Shown one piece after another: positions 48,703 through 59,794 of a DNA stretch of 64,000 bases. The notes under the pieces are model-generated. The model saw only the letters and a list, made by a program, of their open reading frames with translations. It made no database searches and was not told the DNA's origin. Position 1 is the stretch's first letter, and each line of letters opens with the position of its first letter. Where the stretch lies: assembly GCA_964357615.1 (NCBI GenBank), contig CAYHMC010000002.1, forward strand, positions 7,481 through 71,480, written 5' to 3'. The position numbers and the translations under genes were made by a program. The DNA is from an uncultured Candidatus Saccharibacteria bacterium (GTDB lineage Bacteria; Patescibacteriota; Minisyncoccia; UBA6257; JACOXY01).

Positions 48703-49884
48703 TTACTTTCTTACTAATTTAGTATATTCTGTAATCCAATTCTTTACTATTTCATTCCAAACATACTTCTTAGAAACAAGCTCTCTGCCTCTTCGGCCAA
48801 GTTCTTTTCTTAATTTTTCATCATTAAAAAGTTCAAGAATTCCTTTTTTTAACTCATTTATGTTTTTTTTAATAACGATACCCGCTCCTGCTTCTCTAAT
48901 ATCTGACGCAATACCAACCGCATCAGTTACAACAACCGGCTTACCATAACTCATTGCCTCAACTAAAGAAATTCCAAAATTTTCCGAATAAGAGGGGGCA
49001 ACAAAAACATCTGATAATTTATAAGCAATCGCTTTATCGTTGTCACGCAAATCACCAGTAAAAATAATATTTTTAGCTAAGTGATATTTATCAACTAACT
49101 TTTCTATTTTATTTTTATAACCAAGTTCATCGCTATCGCTACCCACCACAACCAAAACGGCACTTGAAATTTCTTTCACAACTTCGGCAAATGCAGGAAT
49201 TAAAGTATCAAAACCTTTTTTCCAATTGAGTCGCCCGAGTGACAATAAAATTTTTGCATTTTCTGGAATGCCGAATTTTTGCTTAAAATTTATATCATCT
49301 TGGCTGTTTTGTGATAAATTAATATTCGCATCAATTCCATTGGGAATAATGATTGATTTTTTAAGTGGCAAACCAAGCTCTTTATACATATCTTCTTCGT
49401 ATTTTGTCGTAAAGTGAATTGCGGATGCACCTGACAGATTTTTTCCTTCAATACATTTAATGTAGCTTTTTTTTAACAATGAACTTTTTTTACTAATAAG
49501 CTCTGGAATTAAACTTCCACGTGGAGAAATAATATAAGGTTTATTAAGTTTCTTAGAATACTTTGCGCCCAAATAAGAAGCCGATAAAAATACGGATGTT
49601 ATATGAACTAAATCAAAATTTTTTATATTTTCTGATAGAGCATTTTTTAATTCTTTTGAATAAAACCAACTGCGAGGGAAAGAACTCTTAAAGTAATTTA
49701 TCTTAACTCCATCTATAATGTCCATTTTTACTGGTAAGTTGTTAGAACCATCAATATTTGTTGTATAAACCGTGACCTCAACTCCATCCTTAGCTAATCC
49801 TTTATTTAACTCGTGGACACTATAAATAGGACCGCCATAGCGGTAAGCAGGTAGATATGTTGGAACAATATGAAGAATCCTCAT
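48703..49884 (-). CDS. Glycosyltransferase family 4
   Basis: YGGP, SPRG, KKGFD, ENFGISLVEAM. Confidence 0.93.
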   Translation of the reverse strand: MRILHIVPTYLPAYRYGGPIYSVHELNKGLAKDGVEVTVYTTNIDGSNNLPVKMDIIDGVKINYFKSSFPRSWFYSKELKNALSENIKNFDLVHITSVFLSASYLGAKYSKKLNKPYIISPRGSLIPELISKKSSLLKKSYIKCIEGKNLSGASAIHFTTKYEEDMYKELGLPLKKSIIIPNGIDANINLSQNSQDDINFKQKFGIPENAKILLSLGRLNWKKGFDTLIPAFAEVVKEISSAVLVVVGSDSDELGYKNKIEKLVDKYHLAKNIIFTGDLRDNDKAIAYKLSDVFVAPSYSENFGISLVEAMSYGKPVVVTDAVGIASDIREAGAGIVIKKNINELKKGILELFNDEKLRKELGRRGRELVSKKYVWNEIVKNWITEYTKLVRK

Positions 49885-51035
49885 TAAAATAATTTATTGT
49901 ATTCTACGATCATTCTCTTTGCGTATTCTTCTGGTGTATATTGCTTTGCTTTTTCTAAGGCATTTAACCCCATAGAGTTAACTTTATCTGGATGATTATA
50001 AAAATACAATATTTTTTCTTTTAAAGCCTCAGTATCTCTAATTGGAATAATAAATCCTTCTTTGCCATCTTCTAAAACTTCAGAAGCGCCGACATTTTGA
50101 GTAACTATGACCGGAAGTGCCGCCCGCATAGCCTCAATTACCACCATTCCAAAACCATCGTCAATTGAAGGCAAGATACAAATACTAGATTTTTCATATA
50201 ATTTTATCAAGTCGTCATCGCTTATGTGATGACTAATAATTTCTAAGTTAGGAATCTTTTTGTATTCAATAAACTCATTGGGAATTTCACCTTTAACTAT
50301 TAACTTCGCATTTTGCAGTCCAAGTTCCTTCCATGCTCTAAGTAAATATATTAAACCTTTTCTGTAAAAATTTCCGCTTACACAAAATACCGTAAAAACT
50401 TCTGGGTATTTTACTGGAATTTTTCTAAACGGAACATCTTTTTCATTACATAAAGGAACTTTGATTATCTTTGATGGTGAAATACCTCTTTTAATAAAAC
50501 TTTTTTTCGTATATTCTGATGGGACTGAAATAAAGTCAGCTAAATCATATTCTCTCTTCATTCGTTCATAAACTTCATTAGAAGTTATATCTATTTTTTT
50601 ATTTAAGAGCAAAGATTTTTCTTGCCTAATAAGTTCTTCCTGCTCATCTATATGAGGACAAGCCCTCTCAACCAAAGTAACTGCGCCCATTTTTTTTGCT
50701 TTTTTTAATGACTTTTCACAAAATCCACTATAACCAGTAAACACCCATTTATCTCCAGGTTTTTTTAAAATTGCAGAAACCCAATTATCAAAAAAACTAG
50801 TGATAAAATTATCTGAGAATAAATTTCCATAATGACTATTAATATACTTAACTGCACCCAAAAACCAAAAACTTTTAATTTTTGAACTTGGAACTTTATA
50901 CGAGGTTAATTTAAATTTAGGATAAGTGGTATATACCTTATCTAAAAAATTTTCATTATTTAATCCCTCGGCTAATCGAAGCGCATGATACTTGCTGTGT
51001 ACTGCTATTGTTGATTTAATTTTTTCTAACTCCAT
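49884..51035 (-). CDS. Glycosyltransferase family 4
   Basis: RKGL, PSIDDGFGMVVIEAM. Confidence 0.92.
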   Translation of the reverse strand: MELEKIKSTIAVHSKYHALRLAEGLNNENFLDKVYTTYPKFKLTSYKVPSSKIKSFWFLGAVKYINSHYGNLFSDNFITSFFDNWVSAILKKPGDKWVFTGYSGFCEKSLKKAKKMGAVTLVERACPHIDEQEELIRQEKSLLLNKKIDITSNEVYERMKREYDLADFISVPSEYTKKSFIKRGISPSKIIKVPLCNEKDVPFRKIPVKYPEVFTVFCVSGNFYRKGLIYLLRAWKELGLQNAKLIVKGEIPNEFIEYKKIPNLEIISHHISDDDLIKLYEKSSICILPSIDDGFGMVVIEAMRAALPVIVTQNVGASEVLEDGKEGFIIPIRDTEALKEKILYFYNHPDKVNSMGLNALEKAKQYTPEEYAKRMIVEYNKLF

Positions 51036-51050
51036 AAAATTAATTTGATT

Positions 51051-51971
51051 TTACTTAGAGGATTTTATATTAATCAAAAAACCCTCCCACTCGCCAAAGA
51101 CTCTCGCCGCCTCTTGAACTATATGAGCAAAATAGAATGGAAGAAAATCCTTAATTTTTCTACTTGAATGCTTGGTGATATTAAAAACATAAAGTGCAGC
51201 TGGAATAATCGTGATAAATCTAATGATAAATACTAAATCTTTGATTATTAATTTAATAAAAAGACCTAAAAGAGATTTGTTATCCATAAAATACAGCTTT
51301 AGAGGACCAAATCTCCCTCTAGCTTTCCTTGTATTCCAAAATTCTTTTAAATTATCTGGTTGTGGGTGCAGAACAACAATTTTCGGATCATAAACTTTTT
51401 TATATCCGGCCTCTGTAAGTTTTTTACCAAGAACCCAATCTCTACAAAATCTCGCAGGATAAGAGGGTCCAAACATACCAAGCTCAATAGCAACTTTGCG
51501 CCTACAAGAAAATGCTTCTGCATAATACATATCCGATCGTTCTGGTGGATGTTCCGCAATATGAAGCGCACCGGAATATCTAGAAAATAAACTATTATGA
51601 TTGTAATCTGGTATTCGACTATCAACCAAAACCCAATCGGCGCCCTCATTATATTTTTCATTTAATTTTTCCAAAAAATCTTTTGGTGGCCTAACATCGG
51701 CATCAGCATTTATTATAATATCGCCAGTCGAACTCTGAATTCCCAAATTCACCGCCTCACAGCACCCCTCACCTTTTCCTCTGATTAACTTTACGCCACG
51801 AGATTCAAATTCTTTAACAATTTCTGGGGTTCTGTCGGTTGAGTCATCAACAATAATAATTTCTTTATTATCATAATTAAAATCAAGAAAAGCCTCGATT
51901 GTTTTTCGAATATCTTTTTCTTCATTAAACGAAGGTGTAATTATGCTAAATTTTAACTTTTGTTCAGACAC
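51051..51971 (-). CDS. Glycosyltransferase family 2
   Basis: SIITPSFNEE, IVDDSTD, ADAD. Confidence 0.9.
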   Translation of the reverse strand: MSEQKLKFSIITPSFNEEKDIRKTIEAFLDFNYDNKEIIIVDDSTDRTPEIVKEFESRGVKLIRGKGEGCCEAVNLGIQSSTGDIIINADADVRPPKDFLEKLNEKYNEGADWVLVDSRIPDYNHNSLFSRYSGALHIAEHPPERSDMYYAEAFSCRRKVAIELGMFGPSYPARFCRDWVLGKKLTEAGYKKVYDPKIVVLHPQPDNLKEFWNTRKARGRFGPLKLYFMDNKSLLGLFIKLIIKDLVFIIRFITIIPAALYVFNITKHSSRKIKDFLPFYFAHIVQEAARVFGEWEGFLINIKSSK

Positions 51972-52837
51972 AGTTTTTGAATATTTGATAATTTTTCATT
52001 TGGAACGGCTAGAATATTGTAAGAAGTTTTTTCTTCAGTTTTATCTTCAATTAAGAGCAATCCGCCCCTAAGCACAAGATACAAGACATATTCTTTAGAG
52101 TCAAAAAATGCTCGCATATCCTGCCATTTTGAATTAGAATGATTCCAATTTTCCAGGTTATATTCAAATATCACATAAGGGCGATATTTTTTTATACATT
52201 CAATCGCTCCTTCTATAACAGGAAAGTCACTTCCTCTGGTGTCAATTTTAATAAAATTCAATTTATTAAGTTTTTCCTGAATAGCAATTTCGTCCAATGT
52301 ATAAACTGATACATCAATTTTTTCTTTATCTAGTTTTGGCAATTCATAAAGACTAGAGGTTCCTTTATCATTTAAATCGCTATTATGTACATATAGAGAT
52401 GTTTGTCCATGATTACGCGACAGAGCATATTCAAAAACTTTGATATTTTTAAATTGATTAATTTCAATATTTTCTTTTAAACGCAAAACACTGACTGGGT
52501 CTGGATCAAAGGCAAGAACCTTACCGCTTTGTTCAACCAACTTTCCCATTATTAAAGTGTGAGTTCCAATATTGGCGCCAACATCAACTACGACATCACT
52601 CTCACCAATAACATTTTTCATTAAATCTATTACCCACTTTTCATAATAACCTTGAAAAAATAATTCCCATTCAACATAAGACGAAGTATCAATATTGATT
52701 TTAAGATTACCATCATAATTCATTACAGTTTTAATTTTAAATTTACCTGGACGAAAAATTAGCTTCAATATTCTTTGAGTTCCTCTAGGATAAAATCTTC
52801 TAGTAAAAAAAGCGATTATTTTTGCAACTTGAAACAT
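51953..52837 (-). CDS. FkbM-family methyltransferase
   Basis: DVGANIG, FDP, FIKIDTRG. Confidence 0.9.
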   Translation of the reverse strand: MFQVAKIIAFFTRRFYPRGTQRILKLIFRPGKFKIKTVMNYDGNLKINIDTSSYVEWELFFQGYYEKWVIDLMKNVIGESDVVVDVGANIGTHTLIMGKLVEQSGKVLAFDPDPVSVLRLKENIEINQFKNIKVFEYALSRNHGQTSLYVHNSDLNDKGTSSLYELPKLDKEKIDVSVYTLDEIAIQEKLNKLNFIKIDTRGSDFPVIEGAIECIKKYRPYVIFEYNLENWNHSNSKWQDMRAFFDSKEYVLYLVLRGGLLLIEDKTEEKTSYNILAVPNEKLSNIQKLCLNKS

Positions 52838-52841
52838 TTAA

Positions 52842-53954
52842 CTATAATAAGCTTGCCTTAAGAGTACCGACAACAAAAGCCAATTCTTCTCCGGAAAGAT
52901 TGGGACCACTGGGTAAATAGAAGCCATTTTTGGCTATTTTATTTGCAACCGGACATTCATCTTCGCTTGTCCATCCTTTTTTTATAAAAATTTCTTGCAT
53001 ATTATAAGGAACAAATGCTTCTCGTGTTTCAATGCCATTGTCTCTCAATGATTTAGTAACTTTTTCACGACTTCCTTCTTGACTACCGCGCAAAACAATA
53101 TGAAACATCCAATAAACATTTTTTGCGTAGGATTTTTCTGGTGGAAGCTGAATCTCATCAATATTTTTAAGGCTTTCCATATATTTACCCGCGATACTTC
53201 GCTTAGCATTTATAATTTTTTCAATCTTACTTAACTGTGAAACACCAACTGCTGCTTGTAGGTTTGTCATTCTATAATTAAACCCAATTGCCTTGTGCAT
53301 ATACTTATTTTTGTCACCAAAAGCCAACGCCTTTAAAGAACGAGCTTTATCTGCATATTCTTTATTGTTTGTTATTAACATTCCGCCCTCTCCAGTTGTA
53401 ATAATTTTATTTGCATAAAAACTAAAACAACCAATGTCTCCGAGCGATCCAACTTTTTTCCCCTTGTATTCTGCGCCGTGAGCTTCAGCCGCATCTTCAA
53501 TCACAAAAAGATTATGTTTTTTTGCAATTTCAAGAATTGGGTCCATATCTACGGGATGACCATAAACATGCACAACCATTATTGCTTTAGTATTTTTTGT
53601 TATCTTAGCTTCGATTAGTTTTGGATCAATATTTAATGTATCTTCTTCAATATCAATGGGAACTGGCTTAGCTCCCTCATAAATTACAGAAAAGAAAGAA
53701 GCCATATTTGTGAATGTAGCAACAATAACCTCGTCGCCAGGACCAATTCCCAAAGTTACAATGGCCAAATGAAGTGCTGTGGTTCCACTTGTTGTTGAAA
53801 TGCCATATTTTGCTCCACAATAAGATGCAAATTTATCTTCAAATTCACCAATAAATTTTCCAAAATTTCCTGAAATTTCGGATGATTGCATAGCTTCTAG
53901 CACCAACTTGCTATCCTCGCTATCTATATTTGGGCTTGAAACAGATATTTTCAT
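52842..53954 (-). CDS. DegT/DnrJ/EryC1/StrS sugar aminotransferase (perosamine synthase-like)
   Basis: SGTTALHLA, IEDAAEAHG, FSFYANKIITTGEGG, GFNYRMTN. Confidence 0.95.
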   Translation of the reverse strand: MKISVSSPNIDSEDSKLVLEAMQSSEISGNFGKFIGEFEDKFASYCGAKYGISTTSGTTALHLAIVTLGIGPGDEVIVATFTNMASFFSVIYEGAKPVPIDIEEDTLNIDPKLIEAKITKNTKAIMVVHVYGHPVDMDPILEIAKKHNLFVIEDAAEAHGAEYKGKKVGSLGDIGCFSFYANKIITTGEGGMLITNNKEYADKARSLKALAFGDKNKYMHKAIGFNYRMTNLQAAVGVSQLSKIEKIINAKRSIAGKYMESLKNIDEIQLPPEKSYAKNVYWMFHIVLRGSQEGSREKVTKSLRDNGIETREAFVPYNMQEIFIKKGWTSEDECPVANKIAKNGFYLPSGPNLSGEELAFVVGTLKASLL

Positions 53955-54030
53955 TGGGTAATATAATATAAAATCAGTTTATGCTATTTGCAGTTTTCTT
54001 GCAATCTGATATGCTAAATAAATTAAATAA

Positions 54031-54990
54031 ATGCAAACAGAAGAAATACAAAATAAGCGTGTTTGTGTCATTGGTGGAGCTGGCTTTTTAGGAAGTCATC
54101 TTGTAGATTACTTGGTGGACGAAAGAAACTGCTATGTTTTAGTGTTGGACAACTTAATAAGTGGACTAAAAAAACATATCAATAAAAAGGCTGAATTTGC
54201 TTGGTTTGATATTCGAGAAGATGACCACGAACTAATAGGTATATTAAAAAGCCATCAGATTGAGTATGTTTTTAATTATGCCGCCGAACCATATATTCCA
54301 GAATCATTTGAACGACCAAAGCATTTTTTCATAATAAATGCGGTTTCTGTATTGAATGTTCTAAATGCCTGCCAAAAATCTGGTGTTAAAAAAATTCTTC
54401 AGGTAAGCTCAGCTGAAATTTATGGCGACATGAAAGGAAAAATTAAAGAATCAGATATGGTAGAGGCTCACTCTACATACGGAGTATCTAAACTTGCTGC
54501 TGATGGCCTAGTTCAGGTGCGATGGAGGGAAGGAAATGTTCCAGCAATTGCAATGCGCCAATTTAACTGTGTTGGCGAAAGAGAAACTCACGAATATGTT
54601 ATTCCGGAAATAATTGATCAACTGAGTAATGGCCCTACTGTAAAATTGGGTAATAATAGCTTTAGGGATTTTCAATACGCAGGAGACGCAGTAAAGATGG
54701 CTGTTGAATTATTAGAAAAAGGAAAGCCAGGAGAAGTTTACAATATGGGATCCGAGGACGGAATAAAAATATATGATTTAGCCAACCTTATTGGAAAATT
54801 AATGGGACACGAGAAAATTGAAATCATTACAGATCAAAAAAGAGTTCGCCCGTGGGAAATTTGGCACCTTCAATCTGATAACACGAAACTTTATTCAGTA
54901 ATTTCATACAGGCCAAAAGTTAATTTAGAAGAAGCACTAAAGAAAACCATAAAATACTTTCACGAAAATAATAAAACTTGGGATTTTTAA
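54031..54990 (+). CDS. NAD-dependent sugar epimerase/dehydratase
   Basis: GGAGFLG, SSAEIYG, YGVSK. Confidence 0.92.
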   Translation: MQTEEIQNKRVCVIGGAGFLGSHLVDYLVDERNCYVLVLDNLISGLKKHINKKAEFAWFDIREDDHELIGILKSHQIEYVFNYAAEPYIPESFERPKHFFIINAVSVLNVLNACQKSGVKKILQVSSAEIYGDMKGKIKESDMVEAHSTYGVSKLAADGLVQVRWREGNVPAIAMRQFNCVGERETHEYVIPEIIDQLSNGPTVKLGNNSFRDFQYAGDAVKMAVELLEKGKPGEVYNMGSEDGIKIYDLANLIGKLMGHEKIEIITDQKRVRPWEIWHLQSDNTKLYSVISYRPKVNLEEALKKTIKYFHENNKTWDF

Positions 54991-54999
54991 ATAGACTAT

Positions 55000-55035
55000 A
55001 AAAAATTCGCTCCAGCAACTCTGGGCGAATTTTTT
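55000..55035. terminator. Bidirectional terminator between convergent genes
   Basis: AAAAAATTCGC-TCCAG...CTGG-GCGAATTTTTT. Confidence 0.7.
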
Positions 55036-57508
55036 ATTCCGCAACTATTTGACTCACATTAATTACATATACCTGCCTAGTACCCTCATGTACTGAATCG
55101 ATACAAATCTTATCTCCCGTTAAATTAAATCTAGGGTGTAAATCAGCTCTTAGCCCACTAGAATCCCAATTCTCATTAATTCCAAATTCTTTGCTTGGCA
55201 ACGAGTAAAATTTTCCTACTTCTACTAAATTATTAGTATTAATATTATATAGTAAGAGTTTTCTAAGTTTTTCTTTCCCTGCGTATGTATCAGAAAGTAT
55301 CCAATTCTTGCTCGGATGAAAGGTGGCATGACCATCCTCTGTTAATTTGCCAATGCCTATTTTTTTAAAGTCTTTGGAATTATTTTTAAACAATAAAAAT
55401 GCATCTCCGCTAATTTTCTGTCTTATTCCAGAGTTTTTAAATAATGCATGATAAATTGGTACTAATAATTTTCTAATATAATTTTTCTTGACCAAAGATG
55501 TTGAAACTCTAGGTGGCCTACCCCAAACTAGTAAATCACCATAATTGCTCCAGCCAAAATGAGATACCATTCCAGTATCCAGAAGCAGAATAAGATTTTT
55601 ACCATCAGAATCAGCTACATAAAGCCTACTGTACATTCCTCCATTTTTTGTTTCCCATCTATGCAAAAAAGAAAATTTTGTCCCAGTCTTATTAAAAGTA
55701 ATATGATCTACCCAATGCTCCCCCTCTTTCATTGATTCAATATTTTGATTTTTTATGAGATCTGCGAGAGAAATAATCAATTTAGAACTATTGTCTCTAA
55801 ATTCAATTCTAAAAATTCCATCATTATCCAAAGATTTTTTTTCAATCGATGAATTGCTATTTATTTTATATCCATATCCCTCTCGTAATCTATCTATTCT
55901 AGAAAAACTAAGTGATAGCGCAAATTGACCATCTGGATGAACCGCATAAACAGGGTATGGGATATTTTTTTTATAATTGGATAATATATCTTGTATAACT
56001 GAAACAAACCTACCACCTTGATAGTCGTTGTAAATAATTTTGCTATTAAAATCTGGCCCTAGCCACTCTAGCATACATCCCTGTTGCCAATTCCATGCTC
56101 TAGTTTCTGCTACTTTATAAAATTTATTTGATTCGTTAACTTTAATATATCCAATATCTAATATATCGTTTGATGTCGGTAATCTATCAATAAAATTTGC
56201 TTCTTCGGTAAGTAAATACTTGCCGTCTCTACTCCATGGACTTTTATCATAGTAACCAAAAAAATGATGTTTTCCCGAAGTACTAAATTCAATATTTGCT
56301 AATGGGTTTAAATTACTTTCATTGCCGTTTGAGACACTAGAAATAGCTTCAAACATACCATCAATATCTTCTTTGTAGCTCCATTTACTTACTGCATTTC
56401 TTGCATTATTTTTCATCTCACTTAATTTTACGGGATCCTTTATAAACATTTCCATATATTGTGAAATCATCTTCACATCCCCAATCTCATGAATTACACC
56501 CGATTCGGTTTGTTTAACTAAATCAGGAGCAGTTCCAACGCCACCAGAAAGAATAGAAGCAATACCAAAGTTCATAGCTTCATTCACTTGCTTAGGTGAT
56601 GGGTCAAATTCTGACGGAAGCAACAAAACATCGGAGACTGAATAATATATAGGCAATTCTGATTGATTTTTAAATCCGTAAAAATATATGTTTGGTAAAT
56701 TGTGATCTAAAACATACTGCTCAAGCAAAGCTTTTTCTTCTCCATCACCAATAAACAAAATATTAAACTCAAATTTATTCAAAAGCATTTCGGCGGCCTT
56801 TAAAATATCTAAAGTGCGTTTTCTTTTAATAAATTTGCCTACGAAAATAAAAGTTAAAATCTCACTCTTTTGAATGCCTATGGATTTTTTTAGTGAATCT
56901 TTTGTAAATTTTAATTTTTCGTAATATTCATTAAAATAATTATTATCTACAGCACAAGGAAGAGAGAATAATTTGCTATCTTGAACTCCATAATAAAGAA
57001 AATATTCCTTATTAAGTTGATAACTATAAAGAAATGCTTGGATATTTTTAAAAAGTGTTTTTAAAATTGTCTTTTTAATAGTCTTTTTAATAACTCCACT
57101 TTTTTTACCCAAATCTGCCTCTCCTCTTAAAATTATTTTAACACCAGTATACCAACGAGATAAAAAAACCAGCCAAGAAGTCGCCGTCGTATATCCATGA
57201 ACTAAAACTGCATCATAATTATTCTCTTTTAATTCCTTGATTATTTGTGGATTTATTTGACCAAAAAACGAAGGCCCTGGCTTTAGACTATAATTTTTTA
57301 AAAGGTTATATTTATAGCCATCAAGCAGTGGAACATCCCATTTTATGTCAGTATTTAATTCCTTATCAAAGCCCTTCTTAGAAATTCCAAAATCCCATAA
57401 GTAGTAAACCATCACCTCAAAACGAGAATCCTTGGCTAAGGCTTTAAAAAGTGGCGACTGATACTGAATTGGATGAGAAGCGACAATAGCTAATTTATAT
57501 CTCTTCAT
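55034..57508 (-). CDS. GT4 glycosyltransferase fused to a TolB-like beta-propeller domain
   Basis: SHPIQYQ, GFKNQSEL, VNEAM (GT4); HHFFGYYDKSPWS, AWNWQQG, DLHPRF, IDSVHEGTRQVY. Confidence 0.85.
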   Translation of the reverse strand: MKRYKLAIVASHPIQYQSPLFKALAKDSRFEVMVYYLWDFGISKKGFDKELNTDIKWDVPLLDGYKYNLLKNYSLKPGPSFFGQINPQIIKELKENNYDAVLVHGYTTATSWLVFLSRWYTGVKIILRGEADLGKKSGVIKKTIKKTILKTLFKNIQAFLYSYQLNKEYFLYYGVQDSKLFSLPCAVDNNYFNEYYEKLKFTKDSLKKSIGIQKSEILTFIFVGKFIKRKRTLDILKAAEMLLNKFEFNILFIGDGEEKALLEQYVLDHNLPNIYFYGFKNQSELPIYYSVSDVLLLPSEFDPSPKQVNEAMNFGIASILSGGVGTAPDLVKQTESGVIHEIGDVKMISQYMEMFIKDPVKLSEMKNNARNAVSKWSYKEDIDGMFEAISSVSNGNESNLNPLANIEFSTSGKHHFFGYYDKSPWSRDGKYLLTEEANFIDRLPTSNDILDIGYIKVNESNKFYKVAETRAWNWQQGCMLEWLGPDFNSKIIYNDYQGGRFVSVIQDILSNYKKNIPYPVYAVHPDGQFALSLSFSRIDRLREGYGYKINSNSSIEKKSLDNDGIFRIEFRDNSSKLIISLADLIKNQNIESMKEGEHWVDHITFNKTGTKFSFLHRWETKNGGMYSRLYVADSDGKNLILLLDTGMVSHFGWSNYGDLLVWGRPPRVSTSLVKKNYIRKLLVPIYHALFKNSGIRQKISGDAFLLFKNNSKDFKKIGIGKLTEDGHATFHPSKNWILSDTYAGKEKLRKLLLYNINTNNLVEVGKFYSLPSKEFGINENWDSSGLRADLHPRFNLTGDKICIDSVHEGTRQVYVINVSQIVAE

Positions 57509-58518
57509 GCTTTTTGAGGACTTGGGTGAGAAAGATACCAATCGTAGGTAATTTTTAGTCCTTGTTCAAGTGATACTTCTGGTTTCCACCCAGTAAGTTC
57601 TTGGAGTTTTGATACATTTGCCAGTCTTCTCTTTGCGCTTCCTGGAAGAGATGGTTTTATATCAAGATTTTTAGGTCGCCACTCTGCAACTTTAAACATT
57701 TTTTCGGCAAGATTATTAATTCCGATTTCCTCAAAATCGCCTATATGAACTGTCTCAATCGGCTGTGAATCAGTTTTCTTAGAATCCATAAGCATCGTCA
57801 TGGCCCGAACTGCGTCCTCTATATAGCAAAATGTTCTCGTGTCATATGCACCATAAATTGGAAATGGATCAATTTTCGCAGCAATGCGCTCACAAAAATC
57901 TGGAATAACATGACCGTTATATCCAGCACGCGGACCATAAAAATTATGGGGTCGCACTAAAAGAGCGCGAAAATTATATTTTTGAGCATAGTGAATAACA
58001 AAAAGTTCACCTATAAGTTTTGTAGATGCATATGACCATCTTGGATTATACGGGTCTTCTATAACCAGTGGCACATTCTCTGGAGTAGGAATTGGTGGGT
58101 CTCCGAAACCACTAAAACCTCCGGCATACGCTTCATTAGATGATGTAAAACAAAACTTTCCTTGACTATTTTCTTTTCTAAACCAATCCAAAATATGAAT
58201 AAGCGAAAGTGTATTCACGCGCAATACTTCATGTGGTTTCTCATAAAACACACGAGTACCATTCATTGCAGCCAAATGATAAACATGATCATATCCACTA
58301 CCAAGTTGTTTTAACGAATCCGGTTCAGTTAAGTCGCAATTAATAAACGACACGCGAGAATCTAGAAGGAGATTTTTGAAGTCGTCATCCATTCGGCCTC
58401 GCGTTAGATTGTCGGCTAATACTAGATGACTTTCGTTATCACTCGATTTAAGTATAAATCTTGCAAGGTGATGTCCAATAAAGCCGGCTCCGCCTGTTAT
58501 TAAAATTTTCTTAGACAT
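57505..58518 (-). CDS. NAD-dependent epimerase/decarboxylase (UDP-GlcA decarboxylase-like)
   Basis: TGGAGFIG, SSNEAY, PRWSYASTK, RPHNFYGP, TRTFCY. Confidence 0.88.
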   Translation of the reverse strand: MSKKILITGGAGFIGHHLARFILKSSDNESHLVLADNLTRGRMDDDFKNLLLDSRVSFINCDLTEPDSLKQLGSGYDHVYHLAAMNGTRVFYEKPHEVLRVNTLSLIHILDWFRKENSQGKFCFTSSNEAYAGGFSGFGDPPIPTPENVPLVIEDPYNPRWSYASTKLIGELFVIHYAQKYNFRALLVRPHNFYGPRAGYNGHVIPDFCERIAAKIDPFPIYGAYDTRTFCYIEDAVRAMTMLMDSKKTDSQPIETVHIGDFEEIGINNLAEKMFKVAEWRPKNLDIKPSLPGSAKRRLANVSKLQELTGWKPEVSLEQGLKITYDWYLSHPSPQKA

Positions 58519-58533
58519 AATTTAAAAAATAAA

Positions 58534-59745
58534 CTAAACATTTTTAGGCAAAAAATTCCACATATCTACAAATTGAATATTTGGATAATCCTTTGGATTT
58601 ATTTCGCGATATTCTGGGTGTGGTGTCGCCAAAATTACAATATTTGAGTTTTTTAAGACATGGTCTAATGACACAAAAGATGCGTCACTCATATAAGGAT
58701 CTGTACAAAGAACACTTCTACATTCTACATGAGCAATTTTTCTTAATTTGAAAGATAAAGAATCTCTATGGTCGTCACTTTCCGCTTTGTATGCCATACC
58801 CAAAATACCAATTGTTTTTTCTTTTAACTCGGCCGAATGTTCGCGTTTCAATTTACCAATTAAATGATTTACCAATCCCTCATTCACCAACATTGCTGCG
58901 TGACCTAGCCAAAAATTGTTGTTCGTAAAAGCGGCTAATTGCATAGTATCTTTTAATAAACATGGACCAGCAGCAAATCCAGGCGAAGGTAAATCTTGTG
59001 TTCTCGGATAATTGTGCTTCATGGCTTTTTCAATACTGCTATATTCTAACCCATGTGATTCAGCAATCATAAAAAACTGATTGGCTACGGCAAATCTTAT
59101 ATAACGCCAAGAATTTGTAAATAATTTTGCAAGCTCTGCTTCCATTGCAGAAACAGCAACAATATCAGACTTAGTTGATTTTTGAAATAACTTTGTCACC
59201 TCGTTTCGAGTTTCGTCATCAAAGGCAGAAATTATTTGTGGCAGAACTTTTAAATCTTCGATTGCGCGACCCTGCAAAATTCTTTCAGGGCAAAATGAAA
59301 GTTTTACTTTTTTATTTTTTGATTCAAAATATTGCTGAACTTTTTCAGTGGTACCAGGATAAACTGTACTCCTTAAAATTATAATCTGGCCGTCTCTAAA
59401 GTGATTGATGTATTTATCAATTACCCTTGTAATTCCCCCAAATTGCGGACTAAGATATTCGTCAATTGGAGTTCCAATAACAATTACAACAAACTTAGAA
59501 TCTGCAATTGATTCTGGGGAACTCGAGGTAACAAGCGAACCACTCTTTATAGCAGTTCCAAGCGCCTCATCTCCATCCTTCTCCTTAAATGGGAATTTGC
59601 CAGACTGAATTTTATTCAAGGCTTCTTGATTTACATCAAATAAAACTGTTTTTACTCCGGCATTTGCGAATACTACACCCAAAGGAAGGCCCACATGACC
59701 AGCCCCACCAACAATACAAAGTTCATATTTCGTTTGATTTGTCAT
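58534..59745 (-). CDS. Nucleotide-sugar dehydrogenase
   Basis: GGAGHVG, LRSTVYPG, CPER, AELAKL, GPCLLKD, DHRDS. Confidence 0.93.
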   Translation of the reverse strand: MTNQTKYELCIVGGAGHVGLPLGVVFANAGVKTVLFDVNQEALNKIQSGKFPFKEKDGDEALGTAIKSGSLVTSSSPESIADSKFVVIVIGTPIDEYLSPQFGGITRVIDKYINHFRDGQIIILRSTVYPGTTEKVQQYFESKNKKVKLSFCPERILQGRAIEDLKVLPQIISAFDDETRNEVTKLFQKSTKSDIVAVSAMEAELAKLFTNSWRYIRFAVANQFFMIAESHGLEYSSIEKAMKHNYPRTQDLPSPGFAAGPCLLKDTMQLAAFTNNNFWLGHAAMLVNEGLVNHLIGKLKREHSAELKEKTIGILGMAYKAESDDHRDSLSFKLRKIAHVECRSVLCTDPYMSDASFVSLDHVLKNSNIVILATPHPEYREINPKDYPNIQFVDMWNFLPKNV

Positions 59746-59794
59746 GGTATTGATTCTAATTCTTAGAATCAAAAAAGTCAAAAAATATTTTTAG

